Origin: Eledone cirrhosa
Taxonomy: Eukaryota
DNA length: 64,000 nt
Assembly: GCA_964016885.1 (NCBI GenBank)
Contig: OZ024759.1
Location: 22,072,001 to 22,136,000, forward strand
Direction of reading: 5' to 3'
Shown: positions 58,176 to 64,000 of the stretch, one piece after another
Position numbering within the stretch: the first letter of the stretch is position 1
Layout of the letters: every line of letters starts with the position of its first letter
Notes under the pieces: model-generated
What the model was told of the DNA's origin: nothing
Seen by the model: the letters and a program-made list of their open reading frames with translations, nothing else
The model's database searches: none
Program-made: the position numbers and the translations under genes

Positions 58176-59955
58176 TTTTTTTGTCCAGTCTTCAATACAA
58201 CTAATTGCCTTTCGTTTTTACCTTTTTCGGGATTAACAACAACTGTTACACTTGCTGTTGTTATTGTTGTTGATGTTGTGGTGGTGGTGGTGGTGAGGGT
58301 GGTGGTGGTGTAATGGGGGTTATTGTGGTGAGAATGGTGGTGGTGGTGGTGGTTGTTAACCCTGATATTTTTGTTGTTATGGTGGAGGTAGGTGTGTGGT
58401 GGTGTTCTTTTTTTTCTTCTTCTTCTTCTTCTTCTTCTTCTTCTTTCTTCTTCTCGTTGTTCTTGTTGTTATTTCTGTTTTGTTTTAGTTCCGGATCTGA
58501 ATTAAATTTTTAATATAAATAAATAAATATATATAAATAATTAACTAAATAAGTGAATTATTATTTAACGGGTCAAAATATAACCCCTTTCTTTGTGTTT
58601 TTTGAAGGTAAAGAAAGAGTAGAATCAATTTATATATATATATATGTGTGCGTATATAGTAATAATAATAAATTTGAAGACTAAAATCCAAAGAGGGCTC
58701 GATAAGGATAAATATATATCAAATATATAAGAACCCTAGAGCAAATATATATATATATATATGTATTTATATATATATATGTATTTATACATATATATAT
58801 ATATGATGATGATGATGATGTGTGTGTGTGTATATATGCATGTATATATATGTGTATATATATATGTGTGTGCGTGTGTATATATATATATATATATAAT
58901 TCTATATATGTATATATAATATATGTGTATATATATGTATATATAATATGTGTATATATGTATATATGTATATATATGTGTCTATATATGTATGTATATA
59001 TATAAATCAACAAGTGGTGTGTTGTGATGTCTTTTGTTTTGTTTACCTTGCACCAAACTGATTTCTAAGTTGTGATCATAAGCTTCTCCTTTCTTAGAGA
59101 AGGATTTCTGTTTGGTTCAGGGTTTACCTGTCTTATCTGTCTGTAAAGGTTTAGGGTTTACCTGTCTTTTCCGTCTGTAAAGATCCTACAGTTAATTAAT
59201 TGACTGGGATTTGTAGAAACACCTTTAATTGTGGAAGAAAACCAACTAAAATAACTGTTGGGTTAAAAGCCAACAAAGACACCAAAATTATTATGGATTC
59301 AACAAACTCAGGTGTTACCTTCCACCAATCATTAAGCTCCAGTTCAGATATCACCTGATATTATAGTCTTTCAGGTTAACATTTTTACATTTTATTCATG
59401 TAAATTAATACACCCAGCCACCAACTCAAACCAGTTAGCATTTGTTCAAATAGATTCTATTTCTGCCCATACATAACCTGGACATTCACACACAATGTGT
59501 GTGTTTTGTGTGTGTTTTGTGTGTCTTCTCATGTGTGACGAGACACAAAATGTATGTACTTATGTATGTTTGTTTATATATATATAAATATATGCACACA
59601 CACACACTTAGCTACATATATAAATATACATATGTGTATATATATATATATATATATAAACTCACATATATACACACATATATACTAATATGAGTTTATA
59701 TATATATACATATGTATATTTATATATGTAAATAAATGTGTGTGTGTATATATATATTTATATATATATATAAACAAACATACATAAGTACACACATGTG
59801 TATACATATATATGTACAACATACTGGTAATCGGGTAACATATAATATTATTCTTATCATATATATATTCTTATATATAAATATAATTATTATTATATGT
59901 ATATGTATATATATATATATACACATATATATATATGCACATACACACACGCACC

Positions 59956-59997
<42 letters not shown>

Positions 59998-60319
59998 TCG
60001 TCACATTCTTATAAAGTGACACACTTTAAGCAATACAGTTTATTTGTTTCCCTGGATTTATACAGACACACATACACAGAGATACATTCCAACAGGACAA
60101 GTGTGTATATATATATATGTGTGTGTGTGTGTGTTTATGTGTGTTTGTGTGTACTTGTACATTCCCATTTAAAGAGGGAACATACAAACACACTCACATG
60201 CACACATGTACACACACATATACTCACACATTTAATTGTATGTGATTTCTTACCTATGAAACACCTAAGTAATTACTAAATAGACGACTGGTGTTCATAA
60301 GACCACCAAAAACACTATA

Positions 60320-60705
60320 CTGTGGTTAGATGTAATAACAACTACCAGTCCATGACAGATTTAAACCCCTAGCTATTGCTGGTATTCATTTTCACCTGAG
60401 TATACTGGAACAATGTGAAATGAAGTGTTTTGCTCAAGAACACAATACACAACCCAATCCAGGAATCAAACCCACAACATTATGATTGTATGTCCAACAC
60501 CATTACTACTAGGCCACACTGCACTGTGGTTAGATGTAATAACAACTACCAGTCCATGATAGAGTTAAACTCCCAGTTTTTGCTGGTACTCATTTTCACC
60601 TGAGTATACTGGAACAATGTGAAATGAAGTGTTTTGCTCAAGAACACAATACACAACCCAATCCAGGAATCGAACCCACGACATTACCACTAGGCCACAT
60701 GCCTC
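60320..60705 (-). repeat. About 204-bp tandem duplication of a SINE fragment
   Basis: ctgtggttagatgtaataacaactaccagtcc...ttgctcaagaacac...cactaggccaca occurs twice. Confidence 0.75.
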
Positions 60706-60929
60706 CACAACACTGCACTCTGGTTACATTTCTCCTTGTCATCCTCCTCTTTCAATGTTTTCTATATTTCATCTGCCTGTCACCTACCTTGTGGATTGTC
60801 TCTCTGTCAACCACTGGCCACTGGTCTCTGCCCTCTGAGGCATTTTAGCCCATTGCTGTTTTTAACAGAATTTAGCTGTTTTAACAGCTGTTCTAGCGAT
60901 GAGTTTTCTCATTTTTATATGTAATAAAA

Positions 60930-61116
60930 CTACTAAATTGATGGTACTAATAAGACCATCACAACAGAACAGTATGATCTAGATGTACTAAATCTACTAA
61001 ATTGATAGTTGGTACCAATAAGACCACCACAACACTACAGCATGGTCTAGATGTACTACATCTACTAAATTGTTGGTACCAATAAGACCATCACAACAGT
61101 ACAGTATGGTCTAGAT
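60930..61116. repeat. 61-68 bp minisatellite with a TCTAGAT site in each unit; continues at 63678-63753
   Basis: Units taaattg..ggtaccaataagacca(t/c)cacaaca..acagtatggtctagatgtact. Confidence 0.8.
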
Positions 61117-63677
61117 CAAAGGTTCTCAAAGGGGTGCATATGCACCCCCAGGGGGCGTTTCGGAACTCCAGGGGAACGTTTGGGAGTAAGGTCGCGTTAG
61201 GGGGGCGTTTGGAGCTTGAGGGGGGGCTAGGAGGCTAGGGGGCGCTGGAAGACTCTTTACTTTGGTAAGTTTTATAAGCCATATTTGTATGTCTTTGAGA
61301 CAGCCAGTGTGAATGCATTTGAATGAGCTTGCAGACTGCATAACTATAGTCTGGCTGCAGCTGTGAGCATTACCGGTAATTGAGATCCTAAAAATGAAAA
61401 AACCCACAGTCATCTGGGTCAAAGGACACTGAGGGCAGCCAGTTAGAATCTTATCTTTCCTTCACCGATAACAATGCATTACATGTCTGAAATTATTGAC
61501 TTAACCGTAACGAGTTAACACTATGTAGATTACTTTATTCCCTATTGTATAAATAATATTACAAATAAAAAAAGAAAGAAAACACAGAAGCGGGTAGCAC
61601 ACACATCTAGGACCACATACAACACATAAGCAGGTAATACATGCATCTAAGACCACATACAACACATAAGCAGGTAATACATACATCTAGGACCACATAC
61701 AGCACATAAGGAGGTAATACAAACATCTAGGACCACATCACACATAATCAGGTAATATATACATCTAGGACCACATACAACACATAAGCAGGTAATACAT
61801 ACATCTAGGACCACATACAACACATAAGCAGGTAATACATATAGCTGGGACCACATGCAATACATAAGCAGGTAATACATACATCTAGGACTACATACAA
61901 CACACAGGCAGGTGATACATACATCTAGGACCACATACAACACACAAGCAGGTAATACATACATCTAGGACCACATACAACACACATTGTTTCATGTGCT
62001 ACGGACGACGCAGGAGCAATGGTCGGCCTACATAAGGGCTTCGTCACTCTTCTGAAGAGAGAAAATCTATCTGTATTTGCTGTTCATTGTGTCATTCATC
62101 GACAACACTTTGCTGCGAAGAAATTCAGCAAGCCTCTGAGCAAGTCCTTGCAGGTGGCCATTGATGTCATCAATTTTATCAAACGCCATTCCCTCAATGA
62201 ACGAATTTTCCAGCAACTGTGCCAAGATAATGACGAAGAATTCATCAAGTTGCTCCTTCATACTGAAGTGAGGTGGCTTTCAATGGGCAAGTGCCTTACT
62301 CACTTCTTTGAACTGTTTGACTATCATTGAGTTTCTGTGAGGACGCAACACAGAACTGTACAAGAAAACCCTCGACTGCGCCTACCTCACCAACATCTTC
62401 GACAAATGCAATAGCGTCATTTTGGCTTTGCAGGGGGAGAAGATCACCTTGCTTAAAGCAAGGAATGCTGTGAAAACATTCCTGGCCAAATTGAATGTCA
62501 TCGAAAGGAATCTTTGTTGACGGGAATTCTATAATTTTCCTAGTGTCGCCAATGTTCAAAACATTGTAAGCGATGACCAACTCCAAATGTATACCACTCA
62601 TCTCCGTGCGCTACAAGACAACATGAGAGAACGGTTTGTCAACCTTTTGCCGATGGACATCCCAATGTGGATAGCAGATGCTTTCATAGCTAACGTCGAC
62701 GATTTGGATGTTAAATTTCAGGAAGAATTCATTGAACTTCAAGCAGATGACATGATCAAAATTAGATTTCCCAAAATAGGTGAACCCCTTTTTGGGATGC
62801 AAGAGGAAATTCAGCGTTGATTTCCACACCTACATGCAGAGGCTAATAGCCTTTTCCAAGCTCATACTTAGCCAAGAGGAGGTTTGGTGTTGTTTCCAGA
62901 CTGCACAGTAAGGCTCGCAACCGCTACAATGTAATTACATGTGGAGATCTCCGGCTACATCGTACGAAAATTCAGCCTCACGTAAAAGAGTTAGCTAGAC
63001 TCCATGAAGCTCAAGGGTCCAATTGAAATGAGTCAAAGTTAAAGTAAGTTGATTTATACGAAAACTTGGATATGCTATTGTTACAAAGCAAACTCACAAT
63101 TTTTATTTGTAGTTGCAGTCTGACTGGACTGGAAACCATCTACTACAATTCAATTACTCATTTGTTGTATATATTTTACCATTTATTAATAAATATACCC
63201 TCCCGCGTGGTCATGAAAACCCTCTTCCGTGGTCTCTAAGATCACAAAGCAGGGGGACATCAAGTTTGATATCAACATTTATTCTGTCCGTTTCATTAAA
63301 GGGAAAATTGGAAAGTTTTGAAATTATATAATTGCCACTTTCTTCCAGATAAGAGCACTCTTGGCATAGACAGAGTTGCTCTTGTGTAAATGTTCAAAAT
63401 AGCTGGTATCGCCTGGTGGGAATATAACAAATTCAACTGGTCCTTATTCATAAAAAAGAACATTTATGTTCCTTTTTTTGAAATTTATTTATTTCCTTTC
63501 AAGGAATGTATTTATACTCTCAGCTGCCTGAATATTGTTAATCAATTTTTTAGTAATTTACTGATATCAAAATCAGTAGTATATTGAAAAATGGAAAAAT
63601 AGGGGGGGGGGGGGGGGCGTTTCGTGATTTCAAGGGACAAAAGGGGGCATTTGGCCTAAATGGGTTGAGAACCTGTG
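61117..63677 (+). mobile_element. hAT (Buster/Charlie-type) transposon with pseudogenised transposase
   Basis: TIRs CAAAGGTTCTCAA / TTGAGAACCTGTG; 8-bp TSD GTCTAGAT at 61109-61116 and 63678-63685; motifs ATDDAGAM, HCVIHRQH and LLLHTEVRWLS, with frameshifts and stops. Confidence 0.93.
61597..61987. repeat. 40-bp minisatellite (10 copies) inside the hAT element
   Basis: acatctaggaccacatacaacacataagcaggtaatacat at 61603, 61643, 61683 and onward. Confidence 0.92.
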
Positions 63678-63753
63678 GTCTAGATGTACTAAATCTACTA
63701 AATTGGTAGTTGGTACTAATAAGACCACCACAACACTACAGTATGGTCTAGAT

Positions 63754-64000
63754 CAAAAGGTTCTCAATGGGGGGCATATGCACCCCTGGAGGGCGTTTCG
63801 GAACTCCAGGGTCGTTTTGGAGCAAGGGGGCGTTAGAGGGGGGGGGACTAGGGGGCGCTGGAAGGCTCTTTGGTAAGTTTTATAAGCCATATTTGTATGT
63901 CTTTGAGACAGCCAGTGTGAATGCATTTGAATGAGCATGCAGACAGCATAACTATGGTCTGACCGCAGGTGTGCAGGCATGTCTAGACATTAACCGACAA
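63754..64000 (+). mobile_element. Second hAT copy, 5' end (runs off the window)
   Basis: gtctagat|caaaaggttctcaa..., homologous to 61117-61365. Confidence 0.88.

Overview
AT-rich, repeat-dense eukaryotic DNA. The SINE families and (TA)n/(CAT)n content suggest a cephalopod (Octopus-like) genome; this is an inference. Two spliced minus-strand genes can be rebuilt by hand: a 2-exon CD164/porimin-like sialomucin (26374-26299 joined to 10054-9525, about 201 aa) and a 7-exon TspanC8-type tetraspanin (58175 to 44794, 302 aa, all introns phase 0). The rest is mostly transposon debris (RTE, CR1/L2, Tx1, Penelope-like, Helitron, hAT, Tc2 MITE, tRNA-SINEs), minisatellites and a roughly 5 kb (TA)nTG tract. 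Two things stand out. (1) A young 467-bp non-coding unit at 32965-34392, arranged as tandem plus inverted copies, carries an intact minimal type I hammerhead ribozyme in each copy; it looks like a retrozyme or Penelope pLTR, and degenerate hammerhead-like relics occur elsewhere in the window. (2) A 78-bp minisatellite has copied the tetraspanin exon-4 splice acceptor six times, and only the true acceptor has a CTAAC branch point. Most long ORFs in the supplied track are microsatellite artefacts.
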